In this document: positions 12,090 to 24,215 of the stretch, in pieces
Position numbering within the stretch: the first letter of the stretch is position 1
Layout: each line of letters begins with the position of its first letter
DNA from: Parasitella parasitica NRRL 2501
Taxonomy: Eukaryota > Fungi > Mucoromycota
Assembly: GCA_025201805.1 (NCBI GenBank)
Contig: MU619355.1
Span: 36,496 to 100,495 of the forward strand
DNA: 64,000 bases
Direction: 5' to 3'
Notes under the pieces: generated by a model
Seen by the model: only the letters and a program-made list of their open reading frames with translations
Told to the model about the DNA's origin: nothing
Database searches by the model: none
Position numbers and translations under genes: made by a program

Positions 12090-13209
12090 CTTTTTATATA
12101 ATGATCCATAAACAGAAATATTCTGTAGCCAATGAAGCTGAATACTGATAGATCAAATTTATCTGATTTTAGTCATTTTTATCAGATTGATTTTCCTAGG
12201 GTAATCGTTTATTGCTAACGTTAGTTTCACCAAAAAAGAGCGATTTTAATGAAAGACCCGGGTATTTTTGTCTTGACATTGATTCCGCGGCTATGAAAGT
12301 GTGAGTTTCTGATGTATCTTTTCCACTAGTCTGCTTAATATACAGACATTATATCTATGAAATGCGTTGATCTGTTGTTTTTATGGACCTTGTATATAAG
12401 CAATACGATACATTTGGTTGCAACAATAGCACACGGAGCAACATTTTATTTTCATTTTCAAATCGAAACCCCACCCGAACAAGAAAGAGGAAGATCTTGG
12501 CCGTTTTGTGCAAACATGCAAATAAAGAAAGATTAATAATAGGTAACTTGCCTTTCAAATGTGTTTGCATTAGTTATCGCATGACATTTGTACTCGATGC
12601 TAATGATTGACCTCATCCTGTATAATAACATTGATGATTAAGACGACTTTTCAGTAAATGACAAGTAAAAAACTAAAGTTTACACGGAGCTCGCAATTCG
12701 TTTATCAGATGTCTTTATTGGTTTTATGGTACATATCTATCGGAACCAAATGGATCTATTCATTCCTTGTATTAAATGAAATATTGTAGATTGTCTATTT
12801 CGAGCAGTCAGAGAAATTTATCCATGTCCTTAGAAACTTTTCAAGCGTCGGTCCTACAGATTAAAAAAAAAACTAAAATAAAATAAAATAAAATAAAATT
12901 AAAAACTTGCTTGGTTTAAACAGCACATTTATATCAAGCAACCCTTCCATCAATACGGTATAATATGAAGCAATTTCATTTCCTAAGAATCAGTGCTTTT
13001 GAAAATTTTCATTCGGAAGAATTGAGATTGACATGACAATATCAATTTGAGTAATATTTTTTTTTTTTTTTTTGTATTAAAACAATTTGAGTAATATTAT
13101 ACCAGCAAGTGGTATAACGTCGTACTAGAACACCATTTTCTAATTTTAAATTCCTTATTTGTTTAAAAGCACTAGTTACTCAAGAAATCAGATCTAAAAA
13201 ATCTGATAA
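12090..13209 (-). promoter_or_regulatory. Ferric reductase promoter with TATA box, CCAAT and four ATCWGATAA iron-GATA elements
   Basis: TATA-like element at ~12091-12101 (minus strand); CCAAT 12129-12133; TTATCTGAT 12159-12167; TTATCAGAT 12179-12187 and 12702-12710; ATCTGATAA 13201-13209. Confidence 0.65.
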
Positions 13210-13454
13210 GCGAGTAATATTTCAAGCGCCGGACATACCAGACTTTGATTAAAATTGAGCAAAAAGGCATCTTTTATTTCGGCACTACCCAAATTTGATT
13301 TCGTCAATAGGTAATAAGTTCGTCATTGGGACGCCATTCATATAAACGTACGCTACAATGTGTCCTGAATTAATTTACGAGTGTTATGGAAGGTTTTTTA
13401 TTTCAAAGAATTTTTCTAAGCATTAATCGCTCCCTTTTTTATTAAACTTTTAAA

Positions 13455-14100
13455 ATGGTTACAACCCGCAGAACTGCAATTGAAAACGAAAGTACCAATG
13501 ATCAACATTCTCGCTCTAGAAGACGACCTGGAAGCCATCATAGGGGCCCAAGAGGAGCGTATAAAAATCCTTCTCAAGAATTAAGAGACTTGGCTATCAA
13601 ATATTGTGAGAGGATGGACGATAAGTCGATTACCCAGGCAGCAAGAGAATTAGGTGTCAAACGCAGTACTCTTAGTAATCATGTAAATCTTTACAGGCAG
13701 GAAGGCCGTAGTGTGCCCTTGAAAAGAGGAAGAAAAAAAGGAGAAACAATCAAATTTAATGAAGCTCATCAGCAATTTTTACAAGACACTCTTGATGAGG
13801 ATTGTACCCAAACACTTGAAACTTTAAAAGAAAAACTTGAAAGTAACTTTCCTGATCTGGCAGAAAAGAATATTTCAATAAGTGGTCTTTGGAGATTCCT
13901 GGTATCACGCATTGGATATACTTTGACTCGTGTCAAACCTGTTGAAGAATGAAGAAATACAACCGCCGCAAAGGAAGTATGATATGAGTATGTAGATAAT
14001 AAAGTTGCATTAAATATTACAATAATTGCATTTTTGTCGATAAAGCTGGATTTAATGCCAACTTGGTTTGTGGGGTTGGGTACTCAAAGGAGGGACATCA
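13455..14100 (+). mobile_element. Degenerate Tc1/IS630-like transposase (copy 1): intact HTH N-terminus, decayed DDE start
   Basis: SITQAARELGVKRSTL..PLKRGRK..ISISGLWRFL (HTH plus second HTH), then stops and NCIFVDKAGFN (decayed FIDEAGFN motif). Confidence 0.8.
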
Positions 14101-14375
14101 GAGCGTAAATCATAAAAAACATGTGTATACTTGACGAAATAAAAATTACTTTTGCTCAATTCTAGGTCGAAAGAAATTTCTCTTGAGACCGTCAGAACAA
14201 AATAGGAAATGGTAGTATGCTAAAATCTTGAATATTTATTTGATAGTAAAGTTCAAAGATATAAAAAGAAAGAAATTAACACTATCTAAACATGAATCTT
14301 CTTTTTCGTTCAGTCATTACCAGCTTTATTACATAATTTCTATCTAAAAACTTACATCATTCACAAAAATTTTCG

Positions 14376-16664
14376 ATGTCCTCCCTGAGAAGAGCAGTTA
14401 CCCGTTATGCAACAACATATTGTTGCTCTATAGGCCCGGCCTTAAGGTGCCACTAACATGCCAATGCAGTCAGCGGATGACACTGCTACTCTTTCCTTAC
14501 ACTCCATGGGTACTCGGCCCTATTACGACTGGTCTCCTTCTGAAGGTATTAATGAATTGATGAATTTGGATGCTCCATTACACACTGCAGAGCTCCTCAC
14601 TGATTCGGAACGCAAGACCATCATCGAATCGTACCCTCCTATGGCCCATCTGGACTACAAGGCCCCCGCTACCATCCCTACGGCTGAACGTGCGATGAAC
14701 AAGGGCCAACGCTATGAGGATAACTCCTTGAAGCAGCTACAATATCAATTGTCAGCTGCTTATCGCCCTCTTGACATCCTCAGTCTTGAATTGTTAACAT
14801 CTGAGGCAGGTAACCCTAACTTGGAACGTTATTGTACAATTCTTCGAGATGTGCGCAAGCATGTTACATGTAGGAGCCTCTATCACGCATTCTCGTAACA
14901 ACATTGCTCTTCGTGCTATCAGTCCTTCTTTTACGTTGAAATCAGGTAATGAGACCAATTACACTCTTCCTCTTGATGAATTTCAGAATGCATTGATTCA
15001 ACAAACGGCTGCACGCAAGGCTACTCGTGAGGCAACTATTAATAAACGTCAACGTCGCCATGCTAACGATGGTAACTATCAGTCTTCTGGTTCTTTTTCG
15101 ACATTTACGGATCAGCAGTTTTTTCGGCCAGGTTCACCCTCGCAGCAGGGTGGTTTCAACAACAACAACAACAACACCTTCAGCAAACGCAGCAACAACA
15201 GCAGCAGCAACAAGAGCAGTAACAGCAACAACAATCCCTTTCGTTAGTAATCACAACAACTACACCAACAACAACAACAGCCGACCCAGTGGGCGGTCGA
15301 CTCAGCAAGCATTTTCAACAATGGACCGATATCACCAACAATTCGTTCGTTATTAACACGGTTCAACACGGTTATCGCATTCCCTTTCATACAACACCAA
15401 CATCGATCGCTCCGTTCTCAGTCAAACAAGCTACCCTCATCGATGAAGCCATACAAGATTTCTTGGCCAAATCAGCAATCGAAAAGGTGACTCCTCAGCT
15501 GGTACGGCAAACGCCAGGCTTCTACAGCTCAATTTTTGTCATTCGGAAGAAGAATGGCGGCGTCCGTCCGGTAGTCAACCTCAAGAAGCTCAATCAAACA
15601 GGTAATGAACAAACCCCATCGTCAAACTCCCCCTCCAGGTCATACACAGCTTGACAATGCGGATACAAGCAGCGACATTTGCAATCTTCCCAGATCGCCT
15701 GTACACTCGCCACCTTTTGTATTACAAGAATCAAACAGTGAAATCAGATCTGGATTGGAATCGTCCTCGATCTCTGGATCAAGCGAGTCTGAAGGAATTG
15801 CAATGGTGGTACGACAACATTTGCAAGTGGAATAGCCGTTCGATACTCCCGTCAACTCCCAATCAAACAATGTCTGTGGTAGCCAGCAACACGGGATGGG
15901 GTTGCTCATGGAACCATCATCGGGCTCACGGGTACTGGACATCAGAGGAAGCGGCTCAATCGATCAATTGGAGGGAGCTCAAAGCAGCTCAACTAGCTCT
16001 CAAGACATTTCCTCTTCCACCAAACTCCACAGTTTTGATCAGGACGGACAACACGACCAGCCTCTCCTACATCAACAAGCAAGGTGGAACCCGCTCTCTT
16101 CCTCTACTAGAACTGGCTACAGAAGTATGGACATGGTGTCTCCAGAACAAGATTATGATCCAGGCACAACATATTCAGGGAATACAGAACATAATAGCGG
16201 ATTTCGAGTCTCGCCGACAATTCTTCAAGAATCAATGGAGGATCACACCACAGATATTTCAACAGATACATCAAACTTGGGGCTCTTTCTCTATAGACCT
16301 CTTCGCCGACAGGACAACGAAATTATTACCAAAATACGTGTCGTGGATGCCGGACCCAGACGCTCCCTACACGGATGCACTATCCATTCCATGGAACCAA
16401 TTTCTGAATCCCTTCGCAAATCCTCCTTGGAATCTCATCTCTCGGGTGCTGAACAAGATCAGACAGGAACAGCTTCCCTTGGTGACTCTGGTGGTGCCGT
16501 ACTGGCCGAGTGCTTTACGGTTCCCTTTCCTCCAATGGTTAGCTCTCTCAGCGCCATGGATGTTGCCGCCACAAGCGGTGGAAACAACATCCCCCAGGAC
16601 TCCTCATCCTCTGCGACAGCAGAATTGGATGCTCTTCGTGTGGTGATTATCCGGCAACAACTAG
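14376..16664 (+). mobile_element. Internally deleted DIRS-type retrotransposon remnant (gag, RT fragment, RNase H, N6-adenine methyltransferase-like domain)
   Basis: Frameshifted gag-like ORFs 14458-15247; RT start VGGRL..GFYSSIFVIRKKNGGVRPVVNLKKLNQ; RNase H (ASNTGWG..SINWRELKA..TDNTT..YINKQGG..HIQG..NIIADFESR); MT motifs IDLFA..NPPW; long overlapping ORF typical of DIRS; no tyrosine recombinase seen. Confidence 0.88.
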
Positions 16665-16673
16665 TGAAGTATG

Positions 16674-17920
16674 CAGTTGATCCGAAAAATTATGTTGTCC
16701 GGGCTGAACAAAATGACGCCCAATCAAAAATAAAATGCCGCCTACTCAGAAATGAAATGTCGCTTAACTAGAAGTGAATGTCGGCCAATCAGGAATTAAA
16801 TTTCGCTTTCACAGGAACAAAATGTCGTCCAATCAGGAATAAGTTTTCGCTGCTATTAGAATCTTGATTGTCTTTTCTATTGTAGCCTTACGAGATGAAG
16901 AACTCTTTTTTTTTTTTATAAAGATGGACAAAACAATATTTATAATGAAAATGGTCAATTAACGTATGTAACTATGGAAAATGTCATGTCAACTATCGAC
17001 GATCCCAATATTGTTCTTGAAACTTTGGATAATCACTCTTCTTATATAAAGAATTAGCCATTGGAAAAAACAACCAACTGAAAGTTACCTCAAAGAGTAC
17101 AAATGCAGACTATAGCATTAATCAGAGGACGACGTTCATCGATCGTATGATCGAATTACCTGTGTGACAGAGGTATGCCGCTGTGGTCGGGAGAGAATTA
17201 GGTGTCAAAGAACGAACTGCTCAGCGATGGTGGAGAAGCTACGAAGTGACTGGCCAAGTGCCGATCAAAAAATCAACCCAAACAACTTTACAGAGGAACA
17301 CAAAGCTCACGTCTTGGACCTCGTTGATGACGATCCACAGGTTACTGTTTGTGATGTACTCGAAAGTTTGACTACATCTTTTGAGGATTTTTAGCTTACA
17401 GAATCAGCCATCCATAAACACATGAACGAAACTTGTAACCTGTCAGTCAAAAAACCACATTTCGAGTCTGAGAAACGCAATAGTCCTGAAAACCTACAAG
17501 AGAGATACGAGTGGTTTATGAAATGGAAGGATTCAGATGCTGACTTCACGAAAAACTGTATTTATTTTCATTGATGAATCAGGGTTTCATATCAATATGC
17601 GAAAGAATTACGCATGGTCCAGAAAATCAGAGCGTGCAGTTGTTAAGCTACCTGAGACAAGAGTTGCTTCTCATACAATCATCGGTGCTATATCTACAAA
17701 AGGTGCCGTTCATATTGCGTTGAGAAAGCCTCCTCCACCACCTGCGAAAGATACAAAGAAACGTGCGAGAGACAATAAAGGCAAGAAGAGAGCAGTTACG
17801 GCAGTCGAGGAAGAGGCCGACACTACTACTTCTGACAACTCACAGAAGCCTCCTCCAAAGGGAACCACTTGTGCTCACTATACAAAGTTTATCAACAAAC
17901 TCCTTGACATTCTAGATAAT
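16674..17920 (+). mobile_element. Degenerate Tc1/IS630-like element (copy 2), 3'-truncated
   Basis: CAGT-starting possible TIR near 16674; GRELGVKERTAQRWW HTH; FIDESGF first catalytic Asp; HTIIGAIS..PKGTTCAH; frameshifts and stops. Confidence 0.85.
16711..16840 (+). repeat. Three imperfect ~20-bp direct repeats (AATGTCGxCCAATCAGGAAT) in the Tc1 5' end
   Basis: Copies at 16711-16730, 16777-16796 and 16821-16840. Confidence 0.7.
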
Positions 17921-19433
17921 AGTCACTACACAGGATTGTTTAGGTTGGGTTAAGCACGCTACATCGTACTGGGATAGAGGTTTACAAAGAGATCGATTTG
18001 AGATAAAGCTTACCGCTTCTTTCCCATTTCAATGATTTCGTCTAACTATGTAACTGTGTCTTTGTCTAACTGTCAGGGATTGATATTCATTCAAGGGAGT
18101 AAAAAGGGAACATATTCAAGTGCAATTGTTTGAGTTGAATGTAAGTCAAAGCTTTTATTTGTATGAGAATTTTTACTTCATATTTATTGATGAACTGAAC
18201 AACCTCAATGTCTTTTGTCATACAGTATTCTTGGCTTTTTATTTCGCTTAGCGTCCAATAAACAGACATGAAGCTAAGGTTTGAAATATTTACAGATGGT
18301 AATTATGCTACATTGGGAGTGATTATTTTATAGAAGGGAAAATGGGCAAGCATTGCCCAGTAGAACTTGCGGAAAGATAGTCCAGGAGAGGTACTAGATG
18401 CATATCCATAAAAAAATCAACTGGAAGCATACATAGTATAGGGTAAATTCAGCATGATAATCTTGCAGAACGCTCTTGAAACGAGCCAGTGATCCTCTGT
18501 TTGACGAACAGACGTTGTAAGTTCTTCACCCGCCGCAGACTAGCAAGCCAAAGGAAAAACAGACCAGATAAGGTATTCTCAGCGATGACACTTGACCTGA
18601 AATATAGAATATTAGTTATATCTATTAGCCGTTTGACAAAAATTTAATACTTATGAATGCAAACCACAGCAAAAGAAGAAGTATGGAAAGACTCTCTGCA
18701 TCCTCACGTAGGGTTGAACTTACGCTTACGACGACATCAACTAGACCCTATGCGTTAATGGAAAGAAGCTAACCATTAAGAATCTAATTGACTTGGCAGA
18801 GGGGACAAAACCAGCNNNNNNNNNNNNNNNNNNNNNNNNNNNNNNNNNNNNNNNNNNNNNNNNNNNNNNNNNNNNNNNNNNNNNNNNNNNNNNNNNNNNN
18901 NNNNNNNNNNNNNNNNNNNNNNNNNNNNNNNNNNNNNNNNNNNNNNNNNNNNNNNNNNNNNNNNNNNNNNNNNNNNNNNNNNNNNNNNNNNNNNNNNNNN
19001 NNNNNNNNNNNNNNNNNNNNNNNNNNNNNNNNNNNNNNNNNNNNNNNNNNNNNNNNNNNNNNNNNNNNNNNNNNNNNNNNNNNNNNNNNNNNNNNNNNNN
19101 NNNNNNNNNNNNNNNNNNNNNNNNNNNNNNNNNNNNNNNNNNNNNAAGAAGCTAACCATTAAGAATCTAATTGACTTGGCAGAGGGGACAAAACCAGCGT
19201 CAAATTGCTCCTGTGTTAAACGTGCACAATTTTATAGCTGGTTAAGTTGTCTATTGGCATACTTGAGAGAAAAAACCTTTTTCATTCATCAAACACGACT
19301 ACATTTGAAATAAATCGGACTTCCAAGGTTCCTCCATCCAAACAAACGTCATATTCATGTCAGAAGCATGCTTGATTAAGACATGTTACAATTTCTCAGT
19401 GTTCACATTCCGCTTTTTTTTCCTCAAAAAAAG

Positions 19434-21202
19434 ATGTCAAATAAGCGCTCATCCTGTAGTACTTCCGCTGATCAAGCCAGACTAAAAAAGATTAGAATTA
19501 ATGGACTTAGCAAAGACTACAAATTTTTAAAATGGGTAGAAGCAAGCCTTCAAAGATCGCCTCCTGGGTTAGAGTATTCTTCGTTTGCAGAGCAATTTGA
19601 GGGGACAGAAGAAGCCACAAACACCAATTACAAGGATTTACTTTTGACCCTTCAAAGTCACCAAAGTAATAGACTGACTAGCATTGCCCATAGTGCTGAA
19701 ATCGCTTTTAATGTATATGCATATTAAATTCTGAACTTTTTGACAACTATTAACTTGTTTTTGCTATATCATAGACCCGACGCAATAAAAACTCAGTTTT
19801 TGGAAAGCAATACTTGAATTACTGGGAAAATCGCAAAGATCAAGCCTTGGAAACAAATATCAATAATGACGCTCGTAATACTGTCTCCTCCATTCAACAA
19901 TTAGTAAACCAAAACATCAGAGAAAAAGCCAAAATCGTAAGAAATGGTAACAAGTATCCATTACTGTTTAATATTAACATCGTTATATAATTAGGTGCTT
20001 TGCCGTTCCTCATCATCTCCTGGATCTCTATCTTCTGACTTGGAATTCCCTGACCCTACAGCTCCTGGCTCTGATTCCCCCGGCTCTGAATCCCTTGACC
20101 CTTCATCTTCTGGCTCTGCACCTTCTAGCTCCTCAACTTCTGACATACCCATAAACGAGAATATAGCAAAAATATTAGTACAAGCCTCTAATCTAGCATC
20201 CGATATGTAACTCGCAATCATAATTTTATCTGATTAATTTTCTAAATTAAATTTCTACATAGGGTTGGACATTTAAACATTATCGATCTATCATCAGATT
20301 CAGTTGTAGAGACATTGAAAGAATATATTACAGAAGAAGAGTACATGAATATCATTTCTTCACTTAAAATCAAAGAAGTGGAATTATCAAAAAATGCAAA
20401 TGAGCTGATCAAAGCTATTAAATCAATTAAAAGTTTCTCCTGCAGAACTCTGCGAAACATCTTATACAAGCATGGATACCAGTGTGATTATGACCCAATA
20501 GCAGAATATGATACCGGAATCGTTGCGAATTTAGTACAACATTTGTAAGAAACCTGTTGATACACTATTCCATATCGTCTTATTACTTACCAACACAATA
20601 TATAGCCTCGACCTAATTGAATCACCCAATAACCCTCTTAATTCCAAATCACTTGAAAGGACAGCAGCGGTGCACACGAGCATAATCATTATCAATCGAC
20701 TGTTTCTTTCTGTCAACGATATTATTGAATTGGGTTGGCTGGAGAGGGAGTATTATGCAACTCATAAAACGAAATGGGACGGAGTTCTTTTTAAGGTCGA
20801 TGATCATAAGATCTCTCCTGGTTTCTTAGAGTTTTCTGGCGGTGCAAACAACAACACTACTATAACAAAAGAGCGACGTGATGTAAAAAAATTGTACAGC
20901 AAAATGATCGATGTTATGAATCAATACTCTCCGAAAATAAGGAAAAAAAGTTTCTGTATAAGATTTTACGGTAAGGCCTTTCTTTTGTATAGATCATTTA
21001 CTCTCTAATCGTGCTATTTTAAAAAATAGAAAATACGATTTTTTTCGAAGAGTTAAGCGTTTACAAAAAGGCAATGTTCAGGATTCAACACGTAGCAATC
21101 ACAATACCAACAACCGTAAGATCGCTCGTTAAGTTTGCTGATGAAATCCCCAAGATAATAGCATGGAGGAATGCCGTTGTCAAACATGTTGAGCAGTTCT
21201 GA
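19434..21202 (+). CDS. Intact six-exon gene (~490 aa) with a C-terminal PD-(D/E)xK restriction-endonuclease-like domain
   Basis: Exons 19434-19712, 19775-19936, 19995-20206, 20263-20544, 20606-20970, 21030-21202 join in frame through GT-AG introns; motifs LERTAA..WLERE..KWDGVLF..GFLEFSGG..KERRDVKKL. Confidence 0.75.
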
Positions 21203-21361
21203 AGTTTTTTTTTTAAAAAAAAAATAATAATAATTATGATGTGGATATTGCTTCATTTCGTTGCATTTATAAAATCCAAGTACATATGTGAAAAAAAAAC
21301 AAGTGTTTATAACCTAATTACAATATTTACACCGTAAGCACTGTCTAAATAAAGTTAGCAA

Positions 21362-21580
21362 TCATCCCAAGGGTACAACAAATGCTCATTTTATCAAGTT
21401 TGTCAATGAGCTCCTTACTATTATGGATGAGGATGAATCTTTAAAGGGCGGCTATTTAGTGACAGATAGTTAGTATCCATAAGTCAAAACCGATGATTCA
21501 AAAAATTGAAGCTAGAGGTTATAGAATAATGTGTCTCCCCCCTCCCCTTACTCGCCTGAGCTAAATCTTATTGAAAAAAA
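21362..21580 (+). mobile_element. Tc1/IS630 transposase C-terminal fragment (copy 3)
   Basis: PKGTTNAHFIKFVNELLTIMDEDESLKGGYLVTD..IHKS..RGYRIMCLPP..YSPELNLIE, frameshifted. Confidence 0.8.
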
Positions 21581-22088
21581 AAAGTACTTTCTTTACTCAA
21601 ACGTGTCAAAATGATAATGTTATGAGAATAACCTCTATCTAACCTTGTTGTTTGCGTTACCTTTTCATATTAAATATCTTTTTTGTTCATGTTCAAGTTC
21701 TTTTTTATTTGTTTCTTTTCTTAGCGTGTATATTTAAAGAAGTTTAAAAAGGAATTCTATCACAACATTTCGAGACTTGACGTTTTGGATGGTTTGCAAA
21801 ACCAACTCAACAAGACTTGCTCACAGGCATCCTTGATTCTACTGGACATGGTCTCAGGGCATAGCAATTGTGCACTTGAATTTAGGTTTATTGTTTGAAT
21901 AAACGTATAAGGTACCATACCAACGACGCAAAATTTCAAGCAAACGACTGTATAGCTGATCCTTGTACTAATGGTTTATATACATCATCAATAGACAAAG
22001 GGGACTAGTGATTGTTTGTCTAAAGTAGCATTTATTAAAAAATCTAACACAAATCTAGGGATACATTTTTACAACTAATATTAACAAT

Positions 22089-24044
22089 CTACTGAGTAAG
22101 GGCAACCTTCTTTTTCTTGTTGCTCTTCTTTTTTTTCTTGCTGGAAGTAATGGTAGATGTTACAGAATCTGTGCGGTGCTCTTCTTCTAAAGGTCTCTTA
22201 TTCGACCCTGTGGCAGATTTTCTAATAAAGCAAGATACGAAAAATCCATTTGTCAAGTCTTTGGCAGGTATGGTGCGAACTAAACGATCAGCGAGATCTA
22301 AGCATGATATAGTGAGTATATTTCCCATTCAATACCTCAGCAAGACGTTCACCTTTGTTTCCATCTATTTCTGAAGGCATTCCACGTCTTTCCCACGTAG
22401 GTAAAACGCTGTCTCTTTCAGATAACTCAAATTCTGGGTTATCCTTCAAAATAGCCTTGACTACATGTTCGTTTTCTTCAGGGTGAATTGAACAAGTGGA
22501 ATAAACGATTCGCTTGGCCTTGGGAACTGCATTAATAGAATGAGCAAACGCTAATTGTTGATAACGACGCAGGCCTTACATTTCATAGCATGTTGGATGA
22601 TGGATATTTGGAAGTCTGAGAGGTTTTTTAATCTTTCTTCTTGTATTTGTCCGTTGGTATCTTTGCCGTTATTTAGTAAAAATCAATAGACTCTCCTCCT
22701 CCTCCCCCCAAAATGGTCCATTTTGCTTACTTTCTTTCTCATCTTCATCGTCTACAAGATGATCCAATCTATTAATGATACCAGATCCAGAGCAAGATGG
22801 GTCCAGCAAAAGATACTCGACGTTGGCGAACTGAACGTCTTTAGGATTTGTTTCAAGAAAAGAGCCATGTACAGGTGTAATGTCTAGAACAAAATCATAA
22901 AATTCTCTGCGTACTTGTTCAATACAAACGTCATCCCATACTTTTACATCCGGCTTTGTTTGTCAGCTTCTTCAATAATTCCAAGCGTCTAGAATCCAAA
23001 TCAAAAGCCCAGATCTTGCCTGTATTCTTCATCAATGCGGAAAGATGAGATGTCTTATTTCCAGGTGCAGCACAAGCGTCAATGGCATGAGCACCTTGAG
23101 TTGCCTGGCATACATGAGCGGGGAAGCAGGATGCTTTATCCTGCACAACAAATCAGTTGATCTTGCTCTTTCACTGCAGTTTTCTACATGTACCTGCAAA
23201 ATGATGTTGCCTGAAACGTACAATGGATGTGCATGGAAGTCTGTCTTTTGATGAAAGATAAGCATATCGTGAAGATGTCGGTCAATGCAAAATTCTTTGA
23301 GTCTACAGCAATGAATAGATGTGAGCTTGCTGTCATAACAACAGTGGATTAGCTTTTACTTTAATTCACGCAGATCTTCGGGGCAATCTATCAGTGTGTA
23401 GCCTTCGTTTTGGAAACTTTTGATTGCTTTTTGTACAGACAGTTTGTGCTCGTTCACTCTAGCATATCTAGGAATCAAAACTATAAAAGCAGCGTTGAGT
23501 ATAGCCGATATAGATGTCTATCTAGCTGAGCCACTACCTGCATCCTTCACTTTTTGGCTCACTAAATCCTCGTTCAAGATTGCTCCTTTTTTCATTTTGA
23601 TCTTTATCAATTCTGCTTTAAGTCTAACCTGGTGGCGCATAACACATTGCTTCAATGGAACATCGTTGCGAGCTGTGATCCCTCTTTTTGTAAACAGCAA
23701 ATCGTGGATCAAAACCAAAGCAAGCGATCTTTTTAGCTATGCCAAGGACTATGAACTAACATTCGAAATTTGCCTGATTATTTCTACTCACTTTTTTCTC
23801 AATCTCACAAATCTTGGATGCATTAATGAGTTCATTCAGCACTTGCTTGTCTGTGTTTTCTGCATTATTATTTACCATTGAACCGAACCGATTTCTTGTC
23901 CTTACATTTCAATGTCTCACAAACAAGAGCATACATCTTTTTTTTGTCCCAAACTTTAGGATCACCAATAATCAGGCCTTTGATTGTGCCTTCATGTCTT
24001 TCAAGTTTGTCGAGAATTCGACCAGCATGCTGATAGAAGTTCAT
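22089..24044 (-). CDS. RCM1: 25S/28S rRNA cytosine-C5 methyltransferase (NSUN5/Rcm1)
   Basis: MNFYQHAGRILD start; PRYARVN; LQDKASCFPA; IDACAAPGNKTSHL; LLDPSCSGSG; YSTCSIHPEENE; TNGFFVSCF; multiple introns. Confidence 0.92.
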
Positions 24045-24215
24045 GATACTTCAATGTAATTGATGGATTCGAGTTGAAGCTTTTTTTTTTTTTTCTTTCA
24101 TTTTCATTTCTTCTGCTTGATGTGACTATTTGTCATTTTACAGCATGCCCAAATTCATGCCACTACTGGTACCATCTAAACAAGAGGTATACAAGGTGTT
24201 TTATTGCAGAATAAT

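Noticed and set aside
18000-18760. Minus-strand coding-like remnant with an intron-like segment
   Set aside because: Multiple stops and no recognisable motif; cannot be assigned
18763-19198. Identical ~53-bp sequence on both sides of an N gap, suggesting an LTR or direct repeat
   Set aside because: Exact duplication abutting a scaffold gap is typical of unmerged overlapping contig ends
17922-21360. Possible TIR-bounded element carrying the nuclease gene and splitting one Tc1
   Set aside because: Only weak partial inverted similarity, and the flanking Tc1 pieces overlap in sequence (both have PKGTTxAH), so they are different copies
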